Shown: in pieces, positions 1-5,704 of the stretch
Layout of the letters: each line of letters opens with the position of its first letter
Numbering within the stretch: position 1 is the first letter of the stretch
Source: a virus
Taxonomy: Duplodnaviria > Heunggongvirae > Uroviricota > Caudoviricetes
Direction: 5' to 3' (one strand)
DNA length: 6,740 bases
Virus record (IMG/VR): IMGVR_UViG_2740892212_000008
Notes under the pieces: generated by a model
The model's input: only the letters and a program-made list of their open reading frames with translations
Database searches by the model: none
What the model was told of the DNA's origin: nothing
Made by a program: the position numbers and the translations under genes

Positions 1-9
1 GAGTAACAC

Positions 10-663
10 ATGACCACTATTACCAAAGAACGTATTGAATTGTTCATTAAAAATCCGCTTGAAAACGGGCTTACCCGTGGTGAACAAATGGAACTGGCAC
101 GGATTGCGCTGGCATCGCTGGAAGCAGAGCCGGTGGCAAAGATTATAGCTCATTACCCATTAGGAGTTGACGTAGGCAAACAAAAGTTCGTACAGGCCAT
201 TGGAGAGCTTCCTGACTTTGGCGGATATCTATTTGCCGCCCCTCCAGCGCCGATAGTGCCGGAAGAAATGTATTGGCAGGATGCGCCAGTTGAAGGCAGC
301 AGCAAAGCGGCTGCATACGCTACAGGCTGGAACGATTGCCGCGAAGCCATGCTTCAGTCCGGAAACTTTCGGGAAAATAAAGATTCGTCAACCAATAATT
401 TTCGGAAAATCCCGGAAGCGTCAACCAGCTCTCCGGTAACTCCGGCTCTTCTGCCTGGTGGTTTCACCATTGAGGATGCGAAGGATTTACATGAAGACCT
501 GGTGCGCAGCCACATAAGCCAGGCTTTAAGTAGCGAAAAGATGAAAAAGAAAGATCGCGATGCTGATTTGCGTTGGATCCATGGCGTTATAGTTCAGGCA
601 GCGTGGTTTGTGAAAGCATCACTGGAAGCGTTGCCTGAACTGTCGCAGGAGGTGAATCAATGA
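10..663 (+). CDS. hypothetical prophage protein, 217 aa, function unknown
   Basis: Uninterrupted ORF from ATG 10 to TGA 661-663. No protein family recognised by eye. The stop overlaps the ATG of the next small ORF (ATGA). Confidence 0.6.
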   Translation: MTTITKERIELFIKNPLENGLTRGEQMELARIALASLEAEPVAKIIAHYPLGVDVGKQKFVQAIGELPDFGGYLFAAPPAPIVPEEMYWQDAPVEGSSKAAAYATGWNDCREAMLQSGNFRENKDSSTNNFRKIPEASTSSPVTPALLPGGFTIEDAKDLHEDLVRSHISQALSSEKMKKKDRDADLRWIHGVIVQAAWFVKASLEALPELSQEVNQ

Positions 664-743
664 CCTGGCCTGAGGCATTCACAACGGTAGGAATTGCGAT
701 GGCGGTGACGCTGGTGGTGTATTCGATTTGCCGCTGGGGATAA
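660..743 (+). CDS. small hydrophobic peptide, 27 aa (MTWPEAFTTVGIAMAVTLVVYSICRWG), possibly a membrane peptide
   Basis: ATG 660-662 overlaps the upstream stop, suggesting translational coupling. One predicted transmembrane-like segment. Too short for the ORF track; a chance ORF cannot be excluded. Confidence 0.3.
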   Translation: MTWPEAFTTVGIAMAVTLVVYSICRWG

Positions 744-750
744 AAACGGT

Positions 751-778
751 TTGCGGGAAAAGGAGAGTTAAGTAGAAT
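751..778 (+). promoter_or_regulatory. candidate sigma70 promoter for the hok mRNA
   Basis: -35 TTGCGG (751-756), 16-nt spacer, -10 TAGAAT (773-778). Predicted start near 785, about 113 nt upstream of the mok-like start, which fits hok-family mRNA layout. Confidence 0.35.
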
Positions 779-780
779 TG

Positions 781-796
781 CTGCGGGTGCTTGAGG
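781..796 (+). promoter_or_regulatory. 5' tac-like element of hok mRNA, complementary to the 3' element at 1160-1175
   Basis: The reverse complement of 781-796 (CCTCAAGCACCCGCAG) matches 1160-1175 (CCTCAACGCACCCGCA) with a single-nucleotide bulge. This is the 5'/3' fold-back arrangement typical of hok-family mRNAs. Confidence 0.5.
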
Positions 797-839
797 CTAT
801 CTGTCTCAGGCATGAACACCAAAAGGCAGATAGAGAAAA

Positions 840-906
840 GCCCCAGTTAACATTACGCGTCCGGCAAGACGCTTAACATTAATCTGAGGCCATATCTATG
901 CTCTAC
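840..906 (-). ncRNA. putative Sok-like antisense RNA covering the mok translation-initiation region (boundaries approximate)
   Basis: Expected by analogy with hok/sok loci. A weak minus-strand promoter is present (-35 TTGCCT at plus 941-936, 17-nt spacer, -10 TAACCT at plus 918-913). No clean terminator was found, so this is speculative. Confidence 0.2.
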
Positions 907-1110
907 ACACGTAGGTTAGCCTCTTACGTGCCGAAAGGCAAGGAGAAGCAGGCTATGAAGCAGCAAAAGGCGATGCTTATCGCCCTGATCGTCATCTGTT
1001 TAACCGTCATTGTGACGGCACTGGTAACGAGGAAAGACCTCTGCGAGGTACGACTCCGAACCGGCCAGACGGAGGTCGCTGTCTTCACAGCTTACGAACC
1101 TGAGGAGTAA
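898..1110 (+). CDS. mok-like reading frame: in-frame 19-codon N-terminal extension of hok (70 codons)
   Basis: ATG 898 is in frame with hok and shares its stop, as in chromosomal mokC/hokC and mokB/hokB pairs. GAGG lies 10 nt upstream. Confidence 0.4.
   Translation: MLYTRRLASYVPKGKEKQAMKQQKAMLIALIVICLTVIVTALVTRKDLCEVRLRTGQTEVAVFTAYEPEE
955..1110 (+). CDS. hokD: Hok/Gef family type I toxin, 51 aa, HokD/RelF-like
   Basis: Translation MKQQKAMLIALIVICLTVIVTALVTRKDLCEVRLRTGQTEVAVFTAYEPEE is recognised as Hok/Gef family: one transmembrane segment and the conserved RKDLCEV...TGQTEVAVF core. Stop TAA 1108-1110. Confidence 0.9.
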   Translation: MKQQKAMLIALIVICLTVIVTALVTRKDLCEVRLRTGQTEVAVFTAYEPEE

Positions 1111-1159
1111 GAGACCAGGCGAGGGAGAAATCCCTCGCCACCTCTGATGAGTCAGGCAT

Positions 1160-1175
1160 CCTCAACGCACCCGCA
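1160..1175 (+). promoter_or_regulatory. 3' fbi-like element of hok mRNA, partner of 781-796
   Basis: Complementary to 781-796 (see above). Lies between a 9-bp stem/GAAA-loop hairpin (1118-1139) and the terminator. Confidence 0.5.
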
Positions 1176-1178
1176 CTT

Positions 1179-1205
1179 AACCCGCTTCGGCGGGTTTTGT
1201 TTTTT
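1179..1205 (+). terminator. rho-independent terminator at the end of the hok transcript
   Basis: Stem AACCCGC / GCGGGTT with TTCG loop, followed by TTTTGTTTTTT. Confidence 0.65.
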
Positions 1206-1463
1206 CCTGGCATTCTGGTTTACAATTCGCACGTCAGCCTNNNNNNNNNNNNNNNNNNNNNNNNNNNNNNNNNNNNNNNNNNNNNNNNNNNNNNNNNNNN
1301 NNNNNNNNNNNNNNNNNNNNNNNNNNNNNNNNNNNNACGCGGATACGAGATTAAGAAAGCCCTCAGCCTCGATTATCGTCACTGGATAATCTATGTCAGG
1401 CTCCCTTATTCCGAACGCCCACCGCGCCCATCCCGCACATACCAGCAACGGATCTGGAGGTAA
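1197..1463 (+). CDS. possible small ORF in the position of Qin-prophage rem, interrupted by the N run; start undetermined
   Basis: A frame ends at TAA 1461-1463, two nt before the preferred GTG start of the DUF968 gene. Only the last 42 codons are visible after the N run and their composition is not convincingly coding. Confidence 0.2.
   Translation: MFFPGILVYNSHVSXXXXXXXXXXXXXXXXXXXXXXXXXXXXXXXXXRGYEIKKALSLDYRHWIIYVRLPYSERPPRPSRTYQQRIWR
1241..1336. other. run of 96 N: unresolved or masked sequence
   Basis: Directly visible. Any ORF call crossing it is unverifiable. Confidence 0.95.
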
Positions 1464-1464
1464 C

Positions 1465-2514
1465 GTGCGGATATTACTTCGACCTGTTCTGGTACCGGAA
1501 CTCGGGCTTGTGGTCCTTAGGCCGGGCTGTGAATCCATGCAAGTATTTCATAACCCTCGAGTGCTGGTGGAGCCTGAACCGAAAAGCATGCGCGGTCTGC
1601 CGTCCGGAGTCGTCCCTGCCGTTCGCCAGCCGCTGGCGGAGGATAAATCATTACTGCCATTTTTCAGCGATGAGCGTGTGATTCGTGCTGCTGGCGGCGC
1701 TGGCGCACTGTCTGACTGGCTCCTGCGTCATGTTAAATCCTGCCAGTGGCCTCATGGAGACTATCACCACAGTGAAACCGTCATACATCGTTACGGTACC
1801 GGCGCAATGGTGTTGTGCTGGCACTGCGACAACCAGCTGCGCGACCAGACATCCGAATCACTCGGGCAGCTTGCTCAACAAAATCTGACAGCCTGGATGA
1901 TTGACGTCATACGTCACGCAATAAGTGGTGCACAGGAACGGGAATTATCGCTGGCTGAATTATCCTGGTGGGCGCTCTGCAATCAGGTAGCGGACGCACT
2001 ACCGGAGGCAGTATTACATCGTTCTCTGGGGTTACGCGCGGAAAAAATCCACTCAGTATACCGCGAGAGTGACATCATACCGGGAGAACAGACAGCCATC
2101 AGCATACTGAAGCAGCGCACAAAAAATTTTGCGCCGTTGCCTCACGCCCACCAGCAACAGAACCCACCACAGGAAAAGACGGTGGTCAGCATTGCCGTTG
2201 ATCCGGAGTCACCGGAATCATTCATGAAGCGGCCTAAACGTCGCCGCTGGGTGAATGAGAAATACACGCGCTGGGTAAAGACACAGCCGTGTACATGTTG
2301 TGGTAAGCCAGCAGACGATCCCCATCACCTGATTGGTCACGGTCAGGGCGGAATGGGGACAAAATCTCACGATATTTTCACGCTACCGCTGTGTCGGGAG
2401 CATCACAACGAGCTTCATGCGGATCCGCTGGCGTTCGAAGAAAAGCATGGTTCTCAGGTTGATTTAATTTTTCGTTTTCTTGATCACGCCTTTGCAACTG
2501 GCGTGCTTGGGTAA
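1465..2514 (+). CDS. DUF968-family prophage protein with HNH-like Cys/His motif (YdfU-like)
   Basis: C-terminal CTCCGKPADDPHHLIGHGQGG...LCREHHNELH is recognised as the DUF968 / His-Me-finger-like signature. A second Cys/His cluster (CQWPHGDYHH...CWHCDN) lies upstream. Preferred start is GTG 1465, 4 nt after GGAGG (349 aa); the upstream in-frame ATG 1393 (373 aa) is the alternative. Stop TAA 2512-2514. Confidence 0.7.
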   Translation: MRILLRPVLVPELGLVVLRPGCESMQVFHNPRVLVEPEPKSMRGLPSGVVPAVRQPLAEDKSLLPFFSDERVIRAAGGAGALSDWLLRHVKSCQWPHGDYHHSETVIHRYGTGAMVLCWHCDNQLRDQTSESLGQLAQQNLTAWMIDVIRHAISGAQERELSLAELSWWALCNQVADALPEAVLHRSLGLRAEKIHSVYRESDIIPGEQTAISILKQRTKNFAPLPHAHQQQNPPQEKTVVSIAVDPESPESFMKRPKRRRWVNEKYTRWVKTQPCTCCGKPADDPHHLIGHGQGGMGTKSHDIFTLPLCREHHNELHADPLAFEEKHGSQVDLIFRFLDHAFATGVLG

Positions 2515-2526
2515 AAGAGGTGACTG

Positions 2527-2886
2527 ATGCTCATAGATTTGGTTTTACCTTACCCGCCGACGGTGAACACTTACTGGCGACGCCGTGGCAGCACATATTT
2601 TATCTCGGAGGAGGGAAAGCGTTATCGCCGGGCTGTGGCGCTTATTGTTCGCCAGCAGCGGCTGAAATTAAGCCTGTCCGGAACGCTGGCGATAAAGGTG
2701 ATTGCAGAGCCATCGGATAAGCGTCGTCGCGACCTGGACAACATTCTGAAAGCACCGCTGGATGCGCTGACGCATGCGGGAGTGCTCATTGATGACGAGC
2801 AGTTTGATGAAATCAATATTGTACGTGGTCAGCCAGTATCTGGTGGACGGCTGGGTGTGAAGATTTACAAAATTGAGAGTGAGTGA
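2527..2886 (+). CDS. rusA: RusA-family Holliday junction resolvase
   Basis: 119 aa with the RusA hallmarks PYPPTVNTYW...RRRDLDNILKAPLDAL and a C-terminal GGRL segment. Strong SD GAGGTG 4 nt upstream of ATG 2527. Stop TGA 2884-2886. Confidence 0.9.
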   Translation: MLIDLVLPYPPTVNTYWRRRGSTYFISEEGKRYRRAVALIVRQQRLKLSLSGTLAIKVIAEPSDKRRRDLDNILKAPLDALTHAGVLIDDEQFDEINIVRGQPVSGGRLGVKIYKIESE

Positions 2887-2894
2887 GCGTAAAT

Positions 2895-3446
2895 ATGATA
2901 TATCCGGAAATTACAGGCAAAAGCGGCGAACATTTACGCCTGAACACGCTGGAAGCAGTCTGGATCCAGGGGAAATTACGGATGTGGGGGCGGTGGTCGT
3001 ATATCGGTGGGGGTAAATCCGGAAATATGTTTAACCGGTTACTGGTTTCGAAAAAGCTGACGAAAACAGCAGTTAATGAGGTTTTACGCAGAATGAAGAA
3101 ATCCGGGCTGGAAAAACCGGAACTTGAGGCATTTTTTCGGGATATGACAAGAGGAAAGCAGAAGAGCTGGTTGTCACATTGTACAGACACAGAGGCGTTG
3201 ATTATTGATCGCGTTATCAGTGAGGTGCTTGGGGAATATCCCGGGCTAATCAATGTTCTCCGGCAAAGGTACGAAGGACGGGGAATGAGCAAACTGAACA
3301 TGGCCGAAAGGTTAAATGCAGATCATCCTGATTGGTCGTTGGTTACGTGCAGACGCCGAATTGATCAATGGTTGGGGGTATCTGAATTTATGTTATATGC
3401 CCCCATGCGCATGGCTTTTGTTACAGAGAAAAATGTTGCAAACTGA
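2895..3446 (+). CDS. putative late-gene antiterminator Q
   Basis: Position is diagnostic: directly after rusA and directly before terminator structures and late-region cargo. 183 aa from ATG 2895; the in-frame GTG 2883 overlaps the rusA stop as an alternative start. Family assignment is from context and weak recall only. Confidence 0.6.
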   Translation: MIYPEITGKSGEHLRLNTLEAVWIQGKLRMWGRWSYIGGGKSGNMFNRLLVSKKLTKTAVNEVLRRMKKSGLEKPELEAFFRDMTRGKQKSWLSHCTDTEALIIDRVISEVLGEYPGLINVLRQRYEGRGMSKLNMAERLNADHPDWSLVTCRRRIDQWLGVSEFMLYAPMRMAFVTEKNVAN

Positions 3447-3526
3447 TCAATAAACTGCTTCAATCCGTATAAGCTTCGCAAAGCTGTATCGCGAGGCGAA
3501 ACGCAAGTTTTTTTCGCACAAGGAAG
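3436..3526 (+). promoter_or_regulatory. candidate late promoter (PR'-like) and Q-utilisation region
   Basis: -35-like TTGCAA at 3436-3441 inside the Q 3' end; -10-like hexamers TTCAAT (3459-3464) and TATAAG (3468-3473). Exact promoter not resolved. Region carries nested inverted repeats and a weak hairpin plus T7 at 3496-3514. Confidence 0.3.
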
Positions 3527-3547
3527 CCACCGGAAGGTGGTTTTTTT
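3527..3547 (+). terminator. rho-independent terminator, tR'-like
   Basis: Stem CCACC / GGTGG with GGAA loop, followed by seven T (3541-3547). Confidence 0.6.
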
Positions 3548-3670
3548 GTGTCCGCGATATACAGTAGCGCAATAAATTCGCTGGTGGTTATTAATACCGT
3601 TCTTTCAGCTTGCTGGCTTTTTCGACAAGAGTTATTGGTGTGTCACGTTAACCGGAAAAGGGAAAAAGAC

Positions 3671-3868
3671 ATGCTAAAACAGCAGGATATGACAGAAACC
3701 GCCAGAGTGGTGTTTAATGAATTAAGCGTTACCGAACCGGCGACAGTCGGGGAGATAGCGCAGAATACTTACCTTTCACGCGAACGCTGCCAGTTAATAC
3801 TGACCCAGCTGGTTATGGCGGGTCTGGCAGACTATCAGTTCGGTTGTTACAGACGCCTTCCGCAGTGA
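3671..3868 (+). CDS. small protein, 65 aa, winged-helix-like (PapI/FaeA-like pattern), putative DNA-binding regulator
   Basis: ATG 3671 with AAGGGA 7 nt upstream. The segment TVGEIAQNTYLSRERCQLILTQLVMAGL resembles a helix-turn-helix recognition region. The ORF-track version starts at GTG 3548, next to the terminator T-run, and is less likely. Confidence 0.5.
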   Translation: MLKQQDMTETARVVFNELSVTEPATVGEIAQNTYLSRERCQLILTQLVMAGLADYQFGCYRRLPQ

Positions 3869-3878
3869 AGGCTTTTTT
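3855..3878 (+). terminator. terminator-like hairpin overlapping the small ORF stop codon
   Basis: Stem GCCTTC / GAAGGC with 6-nt loop, followed by TTTTTT. Confidence 0.4.
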
Positions 3879-3895
3879 ATTTGTGGTAAATGGGC

Positions 3896-3926
3896 GGCTG
3901 GTGGGTGTTAGGGGCACCCACCAGCC
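3896..3926. repeat. perfect 12-bp inverted repeat with 7-nt spacer
   Basis: GGCTGGTGGGTG (3896-3907), spacer TTAGGGG, CACCCACCAGCC (3915-3926). No adjacent T-run, so it is an operator or RNA-structure candidate rather than a terminator. Confidence 0.7.
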
Positions 3927-4018
3927 ATCTGCTCATGCGTTGGGTTCACAAGCAAACCTCAGGCCCACTGCTTTGCGCAAAAGCAGAATGAGCCTATCAG
4001 AGACAGGCTTAATGATCC

Positions 4019-5068
4019 ATGCTTAATACTGTAAAAATATCCAGTTGTGAGTTAATCAACGCCGACTGCCTGGAATTTATCCGGTCGTTACCCGAAAATT
4101 CTGTTGACCTGATAGTCACGGACCCGCCGTACTTTAAAGTGAAGCCTGAGGGCTGGGATAACCAGTGGAAGGGCGACGATGATTACCTGAAGTGGCTGGA
4201 CCAGTGTCTGGCGCAGTTCTGGCGGGTGCTGAAACCTGCCGGAAGTCTTTACCTGTTCTGTGGTCATCGCCTGGCATCTGATATCGAAATCATGATGCGT
4301 GAACGCTTCAGTGTGCTGAACCATATTATCTGGGCGAAGCCGTCCGGACGCTGGAACGGATGCAACAAGGAAAGCCTGCGGGCGTATTTCCCCGCCACAG
4401 AGCGCATTCTGTTCGCGGAACATTATCAGGGGCCGTATCGCCCGAAAGATGCCGGGTATGAGGCGAAGGGCAGGGAACTGAAACAGCATGTGATGGCCCA
4501 GCTGATTTCTTACTTTCGTGATGCACGCGCGGCCCTGGGGATAACGGCAAAACAGATTGCAGATGCCACAGGAAAGAAAAACATGGTGTCGCACTGGTTC
4601 AGTGCCAGTCAGTGGCAGCTACCGAACGAAAGCGATTATCTGAAATTACAGTCGCTGTTTGCCCGGGTGGCAGAAGAGAAACATCAGCGGGGAGAACTGG
4701 AAAAGTCCCATTACCAACTGGTCAGCACATACAGTGAGCTGAACCGGCAGTATATGGAACTGCTGAGTGAATATAAAAATTTGCGGAGGTATTTCGGTGT
4801 GACGGTGCAGGTGCCGTACACCGATGTGTGGACGTATAAACCGGTGCAGTACTATCCAGGGAAACATCCGTGCGAAAAACCGGCAGAAATGCTGCAGCAG
4901 ATAATCAGCGCAAGTAGTCGTCCTGGTGATCTGGTTGCGGATTTTTTCATGGGGTCGGGTTCAACGGTAAAAGCGGCGATGGCACTGGGGCGTCGTGCGA
5001 TTGGTGTTGAGCTGGAGACCGGACGTTTTGAGCAGACAGTCAGGGAAGTTCAGGATTTAATCGTTTGA
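4019..5068 (+). CDS. DNA methyltransferase, beta-class amino-MTase (probably N6-adenine), orphan
   Basis: 349 aa with catalytic motif IV DPPY near the N-terminus (SVDLIVTDPPYF) and SAM-binding motif I near the C-terminus (DLVADFFMGSGST). This order is the beta-class arrangement. No restriction-endonuclease-like ORF is adjacent. Confidence 0.9.
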   Translation: MLNTVKISSCELINADCLEFIRSLPENSVDLIVTDPPYFKVKPEGWDNQWKGDDDYLKWLDQCLAQFWRVLKPAGSLYLFCGHRLASDIEIMMRERFSVLNHIIWAKPSGRWNGCNKESLRAYFPATERILFAEHYQGPYRPKDAGYEAKGRELKQHVMAQLISYFRDARAALGITAKQIADATGKKNMVSHWFSASQWQLPNESDYLKLQSLFARVAEEKHQRGELEKSHYQLVSTYSELNRQYMELLSEYKNLRRYFGVTVQVPYTDVWTYKPVQYYPGKHPCEKPAEMLQQIISASSRPGDLVADFFMGSGSTVKAAMALGRRAIGVELETGRFEQTVREVQDLIV

Positions 5069-5117
5069 AACGGATGAGATTGCAGTATTAATTCCGTAAC
5101 GTTATTATTCTGCGCGC

Positions 5118-5193
5118 GGCCCTTTAGCTCAGTGGTGAGAGCGAGCGACTCATAATCGCCAGGTCGCTGGTTCAAATCCAGCAAGGGCCACCA
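5118..5193 (+). tRNA. ileZ: tRNA-Ile2 (anticodon CAU, lysidine type), phage-encoded
   Basis: 76 nt with canonical cloverleaf: acceptor GGCCCUU/AAGGGCC, anticodon loop CUCAUAA, T-loop UUCAAAU, 3' ACCA. Very close to E. coli tRNA-Ile2. Confidence 0.85.
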
Positions 5194-5200
5194 TCACATA

Positions 5201-5277
5201 CCGCCATTATCTCATCAGGAAAGAGCGCCAGCCTTCGAAGCTGGTTGCGCGGAGTTCGGGTCCCCGAAGGCGGTCCA
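5201..5277 (+). tRNA. tRNA-Arg-like (anticodon UCG), possibly degenerate (argN position)
   Basis: Anticodon stem-loop CCAGC-CUUCGAA-GCUGG and a D-loop with A14 and GG are present. Acceptor stem has one mismatch, T-stem one mismatch, and T-loop is UUCGGGU (G where A58 is expected). Confidence 0.45.
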
Positions 5278-5290
5278 TTATCTGTATCCT

Positions 5291-5367
5291 GCGTTGTTAG
5301 CTCAGCCGGACAGAGCAATTGCCTTCTAAGCAATCGGTCACTGGTTCGAATCCAGTACAACGCGCCA
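5291..5367 (+). tRNA. argO: tRNA-Arg (anticodon UCU), phage-encoded
   Basis: 77 nt with canonical cloverleaf: acceptor GCGUUGU/ACAACGC, anticodon loop CUUCUAA, T-loop UUCGAAU, 3' GCCA. Confidence 0.85.
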
Positions 5368-5381
5368 CACTTATTTTCCCT

Positions 5382-5407
5382 GGCTCGCTTTTGCGGGCCT
5401 TTTTTTT
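5382..5407 (+). terminator. rho-independent terminator after the tRNA cluster
   Basis: Stem GGCTCGC / GCGGGCC (7 bp, one G-U) with TTTT loop, followed by eight T (5400-5407). Confidence 0.7.
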
Positions 5408-5604
5408 AAATGTCTCACAATTCAGACGGTTGACAGTTGTCTGTTTTGCGGGGAGTTTGTTAAAAGAAACTGGCATGGTGAATCCCCCTGTGCGGAGGGG
5501 CAATCAGCGAGTAGGTATATGGGATAATCGTGGATTCAGGTGCTGGTACTGAATTCACCGGGAGGCACCCGGCACCATGCAATGGCACATAGCGCCACTC
5601 TCCA

Positions 5605-5628
5605 GCCCCTCTCCGGAGGGGCTTTCTT
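5605..5628 (+). terminator. terminator-like hairpin, plus strand
   Basis: Stem GCCCCTC / GAGGGGC with TCCG loop, followed by TTTCTTAT. Confidence 0.4.
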
Positions 5629-5634
5629 ATGGAC

Positions 5635-5663
5635 AAAAAAAGCCCGCGCAGGGAGACGCGGGC
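5635..5663 (-). terminator. rho-independent terminator, minus strand
   Basis: Plus-strand A7 (5635-5641) then stem GCCCGCG / CGCGGGC with 8-nt loop. Read on the minus strand this is a GC stem followed by seven U. Confidence 0.5.
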
Positions 5664-5704
5664 GGCAAGGAATAAACAACAAAACGTGAAGTAATATTTC
5701 AGCT
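5635..5704 (-). ncRNA. candidate ~70-nt small RNA, minus strand (hypothetical)
   Basis: Minus-strand promoter-like element: -35 TTGCGC (plus 5739-5734), 18-nt spacer, -10 TATTAT (plus 5715-5710). The transcript would carry a GU-rich stretch (GUUUUGUUGUUUAUUCC) and end at the minus-strand terminator. No coding potential. Confidence 0.2.

Noticed and set aside
153-350. 65-aa minus-strand ORF inside the 217-aa gene
   Set aside because: Antisense overlap with a longer, better-supported ORF.
1393-1464. ATG 1393 as start of the DUF968 gene (373-aa version in the ORF track)
   Set aside because: No SD before ATG 1393, whereas GTG 1465 has GGAGG 4 nt upstream and an upstream frame ends at 1463. Kept as an alternative, not excluded.
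1685-1888. Alternative-frame ORFs 1685..1888, 2520..2720 and 2622..2816
   Set aside because: Embedded in the DUF968 or rusA coding regions in other frames or strands; no independent support.
2813-3301. 162-aa minus-strand ORF antisense to the Q gene
   Set aside because: Fully overlaps the Q CDS on the opposite strand; no RBS; Ser/Arg-rich low-complexity translation.
3548-3670. GTG 3548 start giving a 106-aa version of the small ORF
   Set aside because: Start sits at the terminator T-run with the SD inside the terminator stem; ATG 3671 has a free AAGGGA SD. Not fully excluded.
3844-4026. 60-aa ORF spanning the region between the small ORF and the methyltransferase
   Set aside because: Runs through a terminator hairpin, the 12-bp inverted repeat and a palindrome; no RBS; looks non-coding.
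4088-4594. 168-aa minus-strand ORF, with 4326..4550 and 4646..4867, inside the methyltransferase gene
   Set aside because: Antisense to a CDS with clear catalytic motifs; Arg/Pro/Cys-rich composition typical of antisense frames in GC-rich coding DNA.
5430-5435. Perfect TTGACA -35 hexamer downstream of the tRNA terminator
   Set aside because: No acceptable -10 hexamer at 16-18 nt spacing, so it cannot be called a promoter.
5172-5552. ORFs 5172..5360 (-), 5297..5503 (-) and 5319..5552 (+) over the tRNA cluster
   Set aside because: They overlap well-formed tRNA genes and the terminator; chance ORFs.
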